64,000 nt of DNA from Octopus sinensis (GCF_006345805.1 NC_043013.1:3410001-3474000); one strand, 5' to 3'. Shown: positions 26,790 to 39,062, counted from the first letter of the stretch. Numbers and translations: made by a program. Notes: generated by a model from the sequence alone, not told the origin.

Positions 26790-27006
26790 TAGGCGGGGCT
26801 GTGCCTCACAACTATATGGTTCCGGATTCGGGCCACCAAAGCTTCGTGAATGGATTTGTTAGTTAGTTAGTTAATTTTTTGGCTCAAAAAGCAAAAAGCA
26901 AGGCCATGTAGGGGGACATGGAGTTATGTACAGGGAGGGTGTTCATGTAAAGAGTTCAGGCCACTTGAGGTCAAGGGAGACTTGGAAACTGAATGAAGCC
27001 TGTCGT
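26790..27006 (+). mobile_element. Deleted SINE B head interrupted by a minus-strand LINE-like 3' end (26859-26983) with (TAAC)n tail
   Basis: SINE motif GGATTTG...GGAAACTGAA is split by TTAGTTAGTTAG...CAAGGGAGACTT. Confidence 0.5.
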
Positions 27007-27009
27007 ATG

Positions 27010-27097
<88 letters not shown>

Positions 27098-27098
<1 letters not shown>

Positions 27099-28200
27099 CA
27101 AGAACTCAAAAACACCCTAATTGACAGACATTACCCAGCTCAACTCATAGAGGATGGGATCAGACGTGCAACAGAAATCAACATAGAAACTTTAAGAAAA
27201 GTTCAACACAACAACACACCTTCCCCGAAAATACTACCTTACATATCTACATACAACCCCAGAAACAAAGAAGCTTTCACCATCATCACCCAGAATTTAC
27301 CAATACTTCATAAAAAACCCAAATTAAAGGAAATTCTAAACATACACCAAATCATTAAAAGCTACAAAAACGCTAAATCACTTAAAAGATTCTCACAAAG
27401 GCAAAATTGTCTTCTGAAATACGGATGCAAAAGTAAAAAAATGTGGTAGATCGAACTGTGCAACATGTCCTAACCTGCTAGAAGGATCAGAATTCCTCTT
27501 TAAAGAGGGACAGAAATTCAAGATCAAATCTAACTTTACTTGTGCCTCTGAAAACATAATTTATGTCATAAAATGCTCGGGCCGCCACCAAGACTACGTG
27601 GGTTCCACGGGACTATCACTCAGACGTAGATGCACACTGCATCGACAACAGATTGCATTCCCAGAATATAGAATGATACCTTTTAGTGAGCACATTGAGA
27701 AATGCGCAAAGCAACTACTACCACAATTTTTAATCTTTCCATTTTACCAATGTGCTTTCGGATCATCAACACAAATTAGACTAAACAAGGAAACATTCTT
27801 CATTGAAAAGTACAAGCCCAGACTCAACCATCCGAACATACTGATACAGAGAAATTCACATCAAGGGAAAGGAAAAAATTTCTAAGCGATTATCTCCCTT
27901 ACACCGGAAGAAATCACCCACTACCTCCCCTTATTTAGAACTCTCCGGAACATAAACACAACGATAACTCTATTCAACATAAACATAACGTCACAAGAAA
28001 TTTGAAAAGCTACACGCGAAACCAGTCTTTCTTTTAAATTATGTCATTATAAGAGAAAAAAATTGTTTTTTTTTAATTTTCTAATATTCTTCGGACATAT
28101 TGACGCAAATATATATATTTTTTAACATTTAAGCCTTCTGTCGTTTTTTCACTCTTTACTATTTTCTATATATTCACCCACGTGCTTTCACAAACCAACT
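27098..28200 (+). mobile_element. Penelope-like element 3' part: linker plus GIY-YIG endonuclease, then pLTR
   Basis: LPYISTYNP...KCGRSNCATC...FTCASENIIYVIKC...YVGSTG.SLRRR..LHRQQI; one frameshift near 27405; right boundary approximate. Confidence 0.9.
27995..28033 (+). ncRNA. Degenerate minimal HHR in the PLE pLTR
   Basis: AAGAAA-T-TTGAAAA-GC TACAC GC-GAA-ACCAGT-C-TTTCTT; two core transitions; position matches PLE pLTR expectation. Confidence 0.5.
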
Positions 28201-28290
28201 TTCTTATCTATATATATATATATATATATATACATGATTGAGAGGACTAACGAAAGCAGGGTACTCAACACATTTATTGGGAGTTACATG

Positions 28291-28549
28291 TATAGATCAA
28301 AACAGTTTGATCCAGAATCCTTGGTACTCTGAGTTTCAAGCGCGCGGCTAGTCTTCGGCCATTGGAGTCTGGGTGAGAGTTCGATTGAAGGGAGTCAATG
28401 TTTATTACTCGACATTAGACTGCGATTGGTCGAGGAAGGTCATGCGGTATTGCTGTCGGTATTTCAGCGACAGCACAATGGCCGAAGACTGGTCGCTCAC
28501 TTGTAACTCGAAGTACCAAGGATTCTGAATCAAACTGTTTTAATCTATA
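28291..28549. mobile_element. 259-bp unit with 74-bp imperfect terminal inverted repeats (MITE-like or fold-back)
   Basis: 28291-28364 vs 28476-28549; internal hairpin TGCTGTCG...CGACAGCA. Confidence 0.7.
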
Positions 28550-28593
28550 TATGTGTGTGTCTGTTTGTGTGTGTGTGTGTGTATGTGTGTCTA

Positions 28594-28629
<36 letters not shown>

Positions 28630-28634
<5 letters not shown>

Positions 28635-28851
28635 TGTTTATGTCTCTGCTCCCCGCCACCACCTCTTGACAACAAGTGCTGGTGTGTTTGCGTCCCAGTA
28701 ATCTGGCGGTTCAGCAAAAGCGACCGATAAAATAAGTAGCAGGCTTAAAAAATTATGTATTAGTGTCGATTCGTTCGACTAAAATTCTTCAAAGAGGTGG
28801 CTCGAGCATGGTCGCAGTCTAATGACTGAAACAAATAAAAGATAAAAGATA
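28630..28851 (+). mobile_element. SINE family B 3' half
   Basis: GGCGGTTCAGCAAAAGCGACCGATA...GCATGGTCGCAGTC...ACTGAAAC. Confidence 0.8.
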
Positions 28852-28855
28852 TATT

Positions 28856-29700
28856 CGAGGAGTGCTGAAATGTTCCTGGCTTTGGGTAGAAGAAAATACA
28901 TGAGAATCAGTTAATTATGATTTTATTCAGTATATTCCACCTCTCAGATTCTATAAAAAGAACTCGGAAAGTTGGGCCCCCAACCAAGCCCCTGTTGCAG
29001 TGATCACTTCCAAATTGGAGAGAAATTTCGTTCCCTGGAGATAATTCTTCAGTTGTGGAAAGAGGCCAAGTCAGGAGAGTAAGGTGGGTGGTCCACCAGA
29101 TCGTAGCCAAACTTACCTATTTTGTGTAGAGTTTCATGTGCTGAGTGTACTGGTGCATTGTCCAGCAAAAACAGGACACCATGGCTCAGCCTTCCATGGT
29201 GTTTCTGCTTCAAAGATTCACGCAGTTCGTCCAATAGAGATATGTACTATTCTGCGCTGATGGCGCGACCCTTTGACAAGTATTTTATGAGGAGTGCTCC
29301 GTCTTTGTCCCAGAACACTGAAGCCAGAATCTTTTCAGTTGACTTCTAGGTCCGAAACGTTTTGGGACACGGTGAACCGCTGCGACCCCACTACAGTGAT
29401 TGCTGCTTGTTCTGGGGATCATAATGATGAAGCCAAGTTTCATCCATAGTAACTACATGGGCCATAAAATCAGCCTCTCCCGCTGCAAACCGCTCCAAAA
29501 TTGTCTTTGAAGTTGTCACCTGGTATGCTTCTGATCGGCGTTCGAGCATTTTCGGCACCCATTTTGTGGGAAGTTTTCTTATATCCAGAACGTTGTGGAT
29601 GATGCTTCCAACTCTTTCGTATTTCCTTTTATTTTACAATGTCATGCAGCATATTTTTATGGTTACGGCGACCTACACGTGTTTCCTGCTCAGAGTATCA
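28856..29700 (-). mobile_element. mariner (DD34D-type) remnant
   Basis: VTMDETWLHHYDP, LLDNAPVH, HPPYSPDLA; TIR-like CGAGGAGTGCTGAAATGTTCCTGGCTT at 28856; far end approximate. Confidence 0.87.
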
Positions 29701-30172
29701 GCAGTTGCATATGCAACCGGGCAGAACTTTTCTGTGTAGCTTCGGTCAGGGTCTTTCAACCAGTTTGGCCCAAAGCGAACTGATTTCAGTTATTTGTTTA
29801 TTAGTTAGGATTCAGGAGGAAGCGAGAGGAGGTTGGTTCGAATCTGAAATCCGATGTGGTTAAAAATTGTATGGTTGACCTCCACATAACATCAGTTACT
29901 GGCCGAAGTTGGGATTCCATCTGATTAGGTCAAAGTGCATTTTACTGTATTGGCAAGTCTATTTGTGTATTGTAGCAGATAGGTTCTTAATAAGCTTAAT
30001 TTGAAGTTTAGGTCTTGTAACGTATTTTATTTTAGAGTGGTTCAGTTCCATGTTAAGTTCTTAGTTATTCTGAGATTTCCGTGGTTGTGCGAGTGTGTGT
30101 GTGTATGTATGTACGTATATATGTATGTATATACGTACATATCTATATCTATATGCATATATATATATATAT

Positions 30173-30502
30173 GTTGATCCAGTGGGATCCGTCGTGGAAA
30201 AGAAAAGTCTTACGTGCGTGGAGGATCACATCTTGCTCGGCCTCGGTGATGGTGGAGGACCTCCTAGCGAAGTTAATCGCGTCGATCAGCAAGCTCTCCG
30301 ATATGGAGGCGTAGTAATCCTCGATATCCAGTTGTAGGAATCGGGTGTTTTTTTTTGTCAGGTAAATCCCGGAACCAGGTTATTGCCTCGGAGGTCCTAT
30401 TCCAGAGTGGAAGGGGTGAAGCTTCACGCATTTTTGGTAAAATCCTGTCCAGGATCTTCTTGCTGACGGATCCGATGTCAGACTTGGTTGGTTAATCAGT
30501 TG
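30173..30502 (-). pseudogene. Penelope-like RT fragment (Naiad/Chlamys-type motifs, tentative)
   Basis: LIN.TKSDIGSVSKKILDRI...WNRTSEAITWF...FLQLDIEDYYASISESLL..AINFAR...ILHARKTFLF; frameshift in an A-run. Confidence 0.8.
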
Positions 30503-30544
30503 ATGGAAGATTAGAGCAAGCGAATTAGATTTTGGTCAGAGAAA

Positions 30545-31290
30545 TTGGTGTTTGAGTCGCCACTATGAAGGTGCTTTGAATGAGAATCTTTGTAACAACT
30601 GTTACAAGAGGGGCAAAGTACAAATTCTGATGGCCTTGGAAAATTGCGTGATGAAGGCAAAGAAGTTCCTGAACAAGCTGGAGCATCCTTTTAAATTGGA
30701 GATGATCTGGTTCTTCTCAGATGAAAAGAACTTCTGCCAGGGTCAGTTTCACAACATCCAGTACCAGTGGCTTGCTAAAACCCATGTGATGTCCTACATC
30801 TCATGAAAACCAAGTTCTCCCAAACTGCGATGGTCTTTGAGTGTGCCACCCCAAATCTTTGAACAGGGCCTGCTGAAGATTTTGGCTGGAGAAGGTTGCT
30901 ACTGGAAGGCCATATGTGTGGCAGCAGGATTCGGTTCCTTGCCATACCTCCAGAAAGAGTGGCTTTCAGAGCATTCCCTCGACTTCACTGACCCCAGTTC
31001 TTGGCTGCCTACTTCCTTCGATTGTAACTTCATGGATTATTATGTGTGAGGCATGACTGAATAAGACACCAACTGATCTGCCTGTAGTGTTTGAAGATCT
31101 TTCCAGATTCCTGAGCCGTCTTGAGGTTGTGGTGGAAGCTGAAAGCATGTACTTTGAGTAAACTGTAATCTACCAGTCATAATCTAGTTGATAGCTCTTG
31201 ATTTTTTTAAAAGTACTTTATTTTTTGACGGGATAGTGTTTTCTTTTTCTTTTATGCAGACTGTCAAATTTAGCCTGAACTATTTGTATA
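30545..31290 (+). mobile_element. DD37D-type transposase remnant, highly decayed
   Basis: KKFLNKLEHP...IWFFSDEKNF, GRPYVWQQDS, RLEVVVEAE. Confidence 0.78.
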
Positions 31291-31315
31291 TATAGATATA
31301 TACATACATACATAT

Positions 31316-31350
<35 letters not shown>

Positions 31351-31408
31351 CTGAGACCCCCTTCCGTCACGACATATATATATATCTGACATATATATAT
31401 ATATATAT

Positions 31409-31718
31409 CTGAGACCCCCTTCCGTCACGAATGTTACCCTCCCAGGCACAAGTCCGGGTAAGGTTGTTTATGGAAGACCAGCAGTCGCCCATGCATACCG
31501 GCCTCCCCTCTCCACGTCACCAGTGTTATCCAAGGGAAAGACAAATGTCGATACAGCTTGGTACCTGTGACGTCGCAACTCATTTCTAAAGCTGAGTGAA
31601 CTGGAGCAACGTGAAATAAAGTGTCTTGCTCAAGAACACAACATGCAGCCCGGTCCGGGATTCGAGCTCACAACCTCACGATCGTAAGCTCGACGCTCTA
31701 ACCACTGAGCCATGCGCC
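31409..31718 (-). mobile_element. tRNA-Arg-like SINE family C
   Basis: GGCGCATGGCTCAGTGGTTAGAGCG..TTACGAT (ACG anticodon-like)..GAGCTCGAATCCC; body TGTTCTTGAGCAAGACACTT. Confidence 0.85.
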
Positions 31719-31720
31719 TT

Positions 31721-31804
<84 letters not shown>

Positions 31805-31837
31805 ATATGGGCAGTCATACGTAGAGAGAGAGAGAGA

Positions 31838-31953
31838 GAGACTGATAGAATAAGTACCAGAATTAGAATTAGTGCTGAAGAGGACTTGCTCGAATACAAC
31901 CTTGAAGGCGGTGCTCCAGCATGGCAGCTATTTAAACTGAAACAAGTAAAGGA
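31838..31953 (+). mobile_element. SINE family B 3' fragment
   Basis: GATAGAATAAGTACCAG...AAGGCGGTGCTCCAGCATGG. Confidence 0.7.
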
Positions 31954-31974
31954 CAACGTGTATATCTGCATGTT

Positions 31975-32030
<56 letters not shown>

Positions 32031-32059
32031 GTCAGAGCAAGAGAGAGAGCGAAACATGC

Positions 32060-32138
<79 letters not shown>

Positions 32139-32191
32139 CGGACATGCACACAGATACCTGTGTATGCGTCTATGTGTGCAATAGTTAGTGG

Positions 32192-32341
32192 CTGCAACAG
32201 GCTGTATAGATTGTTACACAGTCAACTGCATCACAGCGAGGCAAGGCAATACGTTAGGTCTGCAACATGCAGCTAAAATGCATGTAGTCTGCTGTCAGAT
32301 TCTGCTGTCTCGTCTGCTGTCTACGGCTTGCTGCTATATCC
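32192..32341. repeat. 150-bp sequence, right copy of the inverted pair
   Basis: See 26167-26316. Confidence 0.93.
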
Positions 32342-32579
32342 ACTCCGCTAGAGGAGGGTGGGGCATCAATACCTCTTTGTTGGCTTTAATTTTTTTAGCC
32401 CAAGGCCCCTTCTGATCCAGCTGACCATCGCCTTGATTATCTCAACCAGATTTTATTAAATATTTTAACACCTGTTCACAACAGCGTTTTGTTTTGCTTT
32501 TTTTAATTAAGTGTAATTTGTGTAGAAATTGGCTGTTATTTCAAGCAAGTCCGGCGTAGATTATAGGTGTGTGTGTGCG

Positions 32580-33060
32580 CGTGTCTGTATGTGTGTGTGT
32601 GTTTGTTTGACTGTGTGTGTATGCGTGTATATGAGTATCTAATGATTCTACCTGTGTATGTGTCTATGTATCTCTAACTGTATATGTATATGTGGGTATG
32701 TGTTTCACACTTAGTGTATGTGTATGTGTTTGTGTGTGTGTGTGTTTGTGTTTGTGCGTGTGTGTGTGTGTGCGTGTGTGTGTGCGTGTGTGTGTGTTTG
32801 TCTGTGTGTGCATGCGTGTATATCAGTATCTAATGATTCTACCTGTGTGTGTCTATATATCTCTAACTGTAGATGTATGTGGGTGTTTATGTTTCACACC
32901 TAGTGTATGTGTGTGTGTGTGTGCGCTTGTGTGTGTGTTTGTATGTGCGTGCGTGCATGTGAGTATCTAATGATTCTACCAGTGAGTGTCTATATTTCTC
33001 TAACTGTATATGTATATGTGTGTATGTGTTTCACACCTAGTGTGCGTGCGCGCGCGCGTG
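32580..33060. repeat. Three-copy tandem with embedded (TG)n
   Basis: AGTATCTAATGATTCTACC at 32634, 32825, 32962. Confidence 0.85.
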
Positions 33061-33446
33061 CGCGTGTGTGTGTGTGTGTCTTCTTTCACTGTATGTGCAT
33101 GTGTCTCTATGTTTCTGCCTGTGTGCAAGTGTGCATGTCTTTATTTCCACCTCTGTATGTGTGTGCATGAGCCTGTCGGCCTGTCGGCCTTTTGTGTGGG
33201 TATGTCTATATATTTCTCTTTCTGTGTATATGTGTGTCTGTATATTTTATGCGTTGTGCCTGTGCGTTTATGCCTTTCTGTTTCTGTTTGTATATGTGCG
33301 CATGTGCGTGCGTTACTCAGCTGTTTCATCAGTAACCGGAAACGAAGACAGACAGGTAAAGTACGTGATGATAATACACTTCTAGGTATGTATGTGTGTA
33401 GATAGCCGTTAGTGTGTATTCAGCAAAGTGTTAGCTCTGAGTCGAA

Positions 33447-33533
<87 letters not shown>

Positions 33534-33818
33534 CGCACACCACGCACATCTGGTGAGACTGTGTATGTATATGTTCACGCACGCCAGCAATTCTGTTTGC
33601 ACTGTGGGTTAAGGAGTATTCCATTCCTGACCATCCTGATATATAGGATTACTTTGTCCACTTTCCTTCCTTTTCTTTACAGGAAATAGGGAATTTGGTT
33701 GTTATTTCAAGCAACTTGCCTGTGTGTTATAAGCAGGAGTATTAAGTTGTGTGTCTGTGCATAGAATAATAGCGGGGTGTTTACGATATATATATATATA
33801 TATAAATATATATATATA

Positions 33819-34098
33819 TCTTTTATTTTTTATCTTTTACTTAGTTCAGTCATTAGACTGCGGTCATGCTGGAGTGCCTCCTTCAAGAATTTTCAGGCGA
33901 ATGAATCTACCCCGGTACCTATTTTTTCTAAGCCTGGTATTTATTCTATCGACCTCTTTTGCGCAACCGCCAAGTTACACCAAAACCAGTTCTCAAGTGG
34001 TGATAGTAGAAGACACTTGCCCAAGGTGGCCACGCAGTGGGAATGAACCCGAAACCATGTAGTTAGGAAGAAAACGTCTTACCAAACAGCTACGCAGG
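33819..34098 (-). mobile_element. SINE family B, internally deleted
   Basis: 3' domain joined directly to GAAGACACTTGCCCAAGG head domain. Confidence 0.8.
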
Positions 34099-34313
34099 TG
34101 AAATAATTGGAGGGAATAAGGGTGAAATAAAGATAAAATAAACACCAAAGATGTTTCGTCCCATGCAGAAACAATGTGAGCTACTCAGAGGTTTTGCAAG
34201 CTTTCCTTCTAAATCCATTACAATGCTGGAAACCTTTTTTTATGGTCAGCATGTATCTCAGGGACACGAGCCTTTTGCCCTTCAGCCTGTGCACTTTGCC
34301 TGAGTATATATAT

Positions 34314-34522
34314 GTAGATCGTTAGCCACTACACACATTTTTTTCTCTCCTTGTTTCTCTCCTTTTTTTTCTCTCCTTGTTTCTCTCCTTGTTTTTTCCG
34401 TGTCACTTTCTGTAAAAGAGCGTAGGCTCGAAACGTAAAAGACTTTTTCTATTCCTGAGCGTTATACCAATACATCTGTTTGTTTTGTACACCACCTGTC
34501 TTCGTCTTTTTTCGTAAACTCT

Positions 34523-34581
<59 letters not shown>
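34314..34581 (+). mobile_element. ~270-bp insertion with (TA)n tail, 22-bp direct repeats and HHR-like motif
   Basis: CACTTTGCCTGAGTATATATAT at 34292 and 34582; CTTT-CTGTAAAA-GAGC GTAG GCTC-GAA-ACGT-A-AAAG at 34406-34441. Confidence 0.65.
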
Positions 34582-34584
<3 letters not shown>

Positions 34585-34593
34585 TTTGCCTGA

Positions 34594-34650
<57 letters not shown>

Positions 34651-34701
34651 ACATACATGCATACATACATACATACATACATACATACATACATACATAC
34701 A

Positions 34702-34732
<31 letters not shown>

Positions 34733-34859
34733 CATACATACATACATACATACGTATACTGACAAGTGGTGTATGTTGGAAGAGGCTAGAGTTGTTTTTG
34801 TGGTTGCTGAGCAGCAGTTCACTCTTAATCAAGCAGATATTCAGATATGATTAGTTTCT

Positions 34860-35064
34860 GGTTTAGGCACAAGACCAGCAGTTTTCCTGGGGCAGGGAGA
34901 CAGTCGATAACATCGATCTCAGTATTTGACGACTACTTTATTTTATTAACCCAAAACCGATGAAAGGCAAAGTTCACCTTGGTGGGATTTGAGCTCATAG
35001 TCGAAAGAGCCCGAGCAAATACCGCAAGGCATTTTCCAACGCACTATCGGGTATGGCAACTCGC
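34860..35064 (-). mobile_element. SINE family A, old copy
   Basis: GATGAAAGGCAAAGTTCACCTTGGTGGGATTTGAGCTCA. Confidence 0.7.
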
Positions 35065-35330
35065 TAGATATAATGTATCTTAGACTACATTAGAGATTTG
35101 CAAGAGAAGGATATGAATTGAGGAAGATTCAACTGCTATTTCTAGCAACGCGACTGACCACGTTGGAGGGTACCTCGATAGATATTATGTTGTGCATGTA
35201 TATATTTGTGGGTGTTTGTGTGAATAGGCGTAGATGTGTATGTGTGTGCATGTGTATGTATACGATTATTTGTGTTCACATATGTATATATGTGTATATC
35301 TGTGTATATGCCTATATGTGTGTATGTATG

Positions 35331-35420
<90 letters not shown>

Positions 35421-35829
35421 GGAGCAGGGCGATTTGCATCTCTGAATATATGTATATATGTTTGTCTTCTTGCATATGTGTGTGTGCTTGAATATATGAT
35501 TATTTGCGCATGTATGTATAAGTTTGTATATGTGTGCGAATATGCCTGGTGCTGTATACATGTATATATATATATAATGTTTGTAAGTTTACATGTGTGC
35601 ATAGGCTATGTTTATATACGTGTCTATGCATATATATGCGTGTATATTTGTATAAATTTTTACTCAACACGCTTCTTAAAACGCGTTGTACTACTTTACA
35701 TAATTACTATAAATGAATTATTTTTCTAATCAGTAACTTTTACTAATTTCCATTACAGTGTTTAGGAGTACAAGCTTTTTTTTATTTATATATATATATA
35801 TTTTTTTTTAATCTGTCAGCAACTAAAAG

Positions 35830-38556
35830 TACAAATTTCTGCTGCTTCCAGCTCCAGAAATAGCAAAGTTCAGTTGACTATCGGAAAATATCGATTCTAG
35901 TATCTCTGAAACTTCGACTTTATGCTTTGTTGATGTTCTTTCTCAATGGAAACTGAAGCCACCTCGCTTTAAAGACTGAAATTTTTCGAGATCGAAGGAG
36001 TTCTTGAAATAAACTCTCCACCATTAGCATAACTTTTCGAAATTGTTGTTTGTATGACACGTGGAAGTCTTCTCCCCGTCCCCTCTCCCAGGTGGATCCC
36101 ATTGCAAAATCAAAAGGCATGTGGATTTCTGAAAACAATTAAGAGGATTCTTTCTTCAAGATTAGTCGTTATGCTGGGACTCCAGAAGATTCCAGTGAAT
36201 TTAAAAGCCCTCGTGGGGTAATTCACTTCTTCAGAAAGATCTCTTGGAAGAGGATCCAATATTTAATATTTATCTCATTTACTGCTGGAGTTAGTATAAC
36301 TATTTCTTGAATCCATTTTTGAACATTAAAGCAGATATGAATATCTGGACTGTTCGTTCATTGATATCTTCAGCTTGACTCTTAAGGCGGTATCTGTAAT
36401 ATTCTGCCATTGGTTAGCTGCTAAACTGAAGCAATAAGTTGGCATATTGGCCAAATATTTCTTTTTTCTTTTACTTGTTTTAATGACCACTCTTATGTTT
36501 GTTGATATAAGTTTAATTCTTGATCTACCAACCAAAGAGGAAAGTTTAAGGCTGGTATTAAGCTCGTGTACTAACCTGCCCTTAAGAATCATTGATAGAA
36601 TTTGCAAGCAGCAGCAGAGATATTCCAGCCACATCATTAGTTTTTCTTGTGTCCTTCCATTTCTAATCCAGCGCTTCAAGGAGAAGTTTATGCATCCCAC
36701 ACAATCAATCGGCAACTTTTGAGGACAACTGCTTGAATCTCAGCTACTAATGCTGACGGGTGCAACAGAGAATATTTCGAGTTAAAGTGATCTTAATCTA
36801 TGTCTGCGCAGTTCTTCCACCTGTCAAAAGTGTCGCAGCTACTCCAGAGAAAGTTGCAACAAAGGATTTCCGATTTATTTAAAGAGAATAAGTGACCCAC
36901 TTTATAATAAACACCTCTTTTAATTCGGTATCAATTTTGGCTCAATTTCTTTAACAATTCTATTTGAGCGTTCTCTGAATACATTATTACACCATTGAGT
37001 TTTGATGTGGTCTTTTAGGTGATTACATTAAAGCTTTTCCATATATTGTCTGTACCAAATCCCACTTTGCAAAGAGTGAAGTTGGACATATCCTTCAGAA
37101 ATAAAGGAGAGCCATATTGGCATTTGTCTGATGTAAAATGTCTTCTGGCATAGACCCTTTGTACTTACATTTTTTTTTCGGATGCATAGGACTTTATGTA
37201 CTGTATGATGAAATGAGAATAGCAGACAAATCGCGTTCTCATCAACTCATGGGAATTTGAAGGTAGTGGCATTTTTTAGTCTTTTTGAATTTTTTTTTTT
37301 TTTGCACTCGCCAAATGTAATGTTTTGGGAAATCACATATTGAAGGAATTCTAGCAAATTTTTGCTTGACCCTAGTTTCGTTACATGCAATCAAGGACAT
37401 TTGCCTCATTAAAATAACGTCTTATACGATTTTCTAAGGGCATTGCACTCAGGCGGCATTCATTGATGGGAAAGTTTAAAATTATTATAATTTCTTTATT
37501 CCTTCATTCTTTTATTCGTACAGATGTGTGTGCCTGATCTTTAAATCGTAATCTCATCACGGTGGCTTGGATATGAATCTTGGACTACAAAAGCACGGCT
37601 TGATCACTTCTTTTGTTCATCTATTGTCATCAACGCACTTCGTAGATTTGAGTGAACTGCTTTAAAGATCTTTGAAATCATTTGTGAATATCGGATTGCC
37701 CATTGATTGTTCTTTTGAATAATGGGATTTCTTTGTTTGGTTATAGCCGTGAATCCGCTTTTACCTGGTTTCTTCCTTTTGTAATCTGGATATCCACCAT
37801 GACCGGTTTCAGTCTCGGTCAGAAAAGGACGTGGATAACCCTTTATGCATTTATTATCTTTCATTTAAGGAGACTGTTGTATGGGAGTCCATACGGACCA
37901 TAAACCATTTGCTGCTTTATGATCTCAAAGAGAACAGGATCTGAGTCTTTATCACCTGGGAGAATATGATCAATTTCAGGGCCACAGCTCTTTTCCTCCC
38001 GCCAAAACACTAAGTGGGCATGGAGCCAATCACTTGTACCATTTTATAACGCACATAAAAGAACCAAATTTTCGAAATTTTGGTCTTTTTGTAAAAATAA
38101 CCCAAATATTTCCTTCAACATAATCACCATTTAAAGAAAATCTTTCACGACAATGCCATACTGATGTCGAGCTCTTTGGCCGAGAAAGAATAGCTTCTAT
38201 TTCAATTCCTTATGGATTGCATGTGAAGGTAATGAACACCCAAACATCCAGATACAAGTAATACCACCTTATATGTATGCGTACAAATATCGGGGCCTCT
38301 TGCGAAAGAAGAGGCAAAGGGGTAAGTTGACTCGCCTACACTGAATATTTATCGTTGTTTGAAGCATCTCCTAGAATCTAGATTCATTTAGGACCAAGAT
38401 GAATATATTTTTCAAATATTAACCTAAAGTGATTTTGTTTGATGAAGTTAAAATGCTCTGAATCTATGTTTGCATAAATACCAACTATGCACTGATTGAA
38501 GAGTTTGCAGAAATAACGAAGTAGACTTCTGTCTAATCTGATCATTAACCTTTTGG
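35830..38556 (-). mobile_element. Helitron RepHel fossil (Rep plus PIF1-like helicase), heavily decayed
   Basis: LFNQCIVGIYANIDSE, LP.SF..GPRY, FITFTCNP, KGYPRPFLTETETG..GYP.Y.R..PG, YPT.FLNSLESSGVP, QFPLR; many stops and deletions. Confidence 0.88.
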
Positions 38557-38561
38557 TATCT

Positions 38562-38780
38562 TTCATCTTTTACTTGTTTCAGTCATTAGACTGCGACCAT
38601 GCTGGGACACCGCATTGAAGAATTTTTAGCCGAAAGAATCGATGGCAGAACTTTTTATTAAGCTAGGTACTTATTCTATCGTTTTCTTTTGCTGAACGGC
38701 TAAGTTATGGTGATGCGCAAACACACAAACACCAGTTGTCAGGCAGTGTAAGATGGGTGACAATCAGAGACACAAAGGTA
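38562..38780 (-). mobile_element. SINE family B 3' half
   Basis: TTTCAGTCATTAGACTGCGACCATGCTGG. Confidence 0.78.
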
Positions 38781-38805
38781 CACACACACACATACTCATA
38801 TGTAT

Positions 38806-38870
<65 letters not shown>

Positions 38871-38889
38871 TATATGTGTGTGTGTGTGT

Positions 38890-38963
<74 letters not shown>

Positions 38964-39062
38964 GTCTAAGAAACCATAAGTCAAAGAAAAAATGCATTCG
39001 TATCTGTCAGTAGAGTGGGTATATTATCCGAAATGTATAGTACTAAATACCTATCATGGCTC

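Noticed and set aside
31650-31718. tRNA-Arg gene (also 41842-41907)
   Set aside because: No acceptor stem; continues into a SINE body, so a SINE head
32188-32415. Cys-rich peptide ORF shared with 26126-26344
   Set aside because: Shared only because of the 150-bp inverted duplication; starts and ends differ and there is no signal peptide
33312-33336. CUGAUGAAACAGCUG on the minus strand
   Set aside because: No stem II and no valid cleavage triplet; may be chance or a deleted remnant
33655-33740. Strong splice acceptor at 33682
   Set aside because: Downstream sequence matches a repeat fragment also at 32525-32560; no donor or frame
34145-34192. HHR-like motif on the minus strand
   Set aside because: Core G8 altered and all three stems poorly paired
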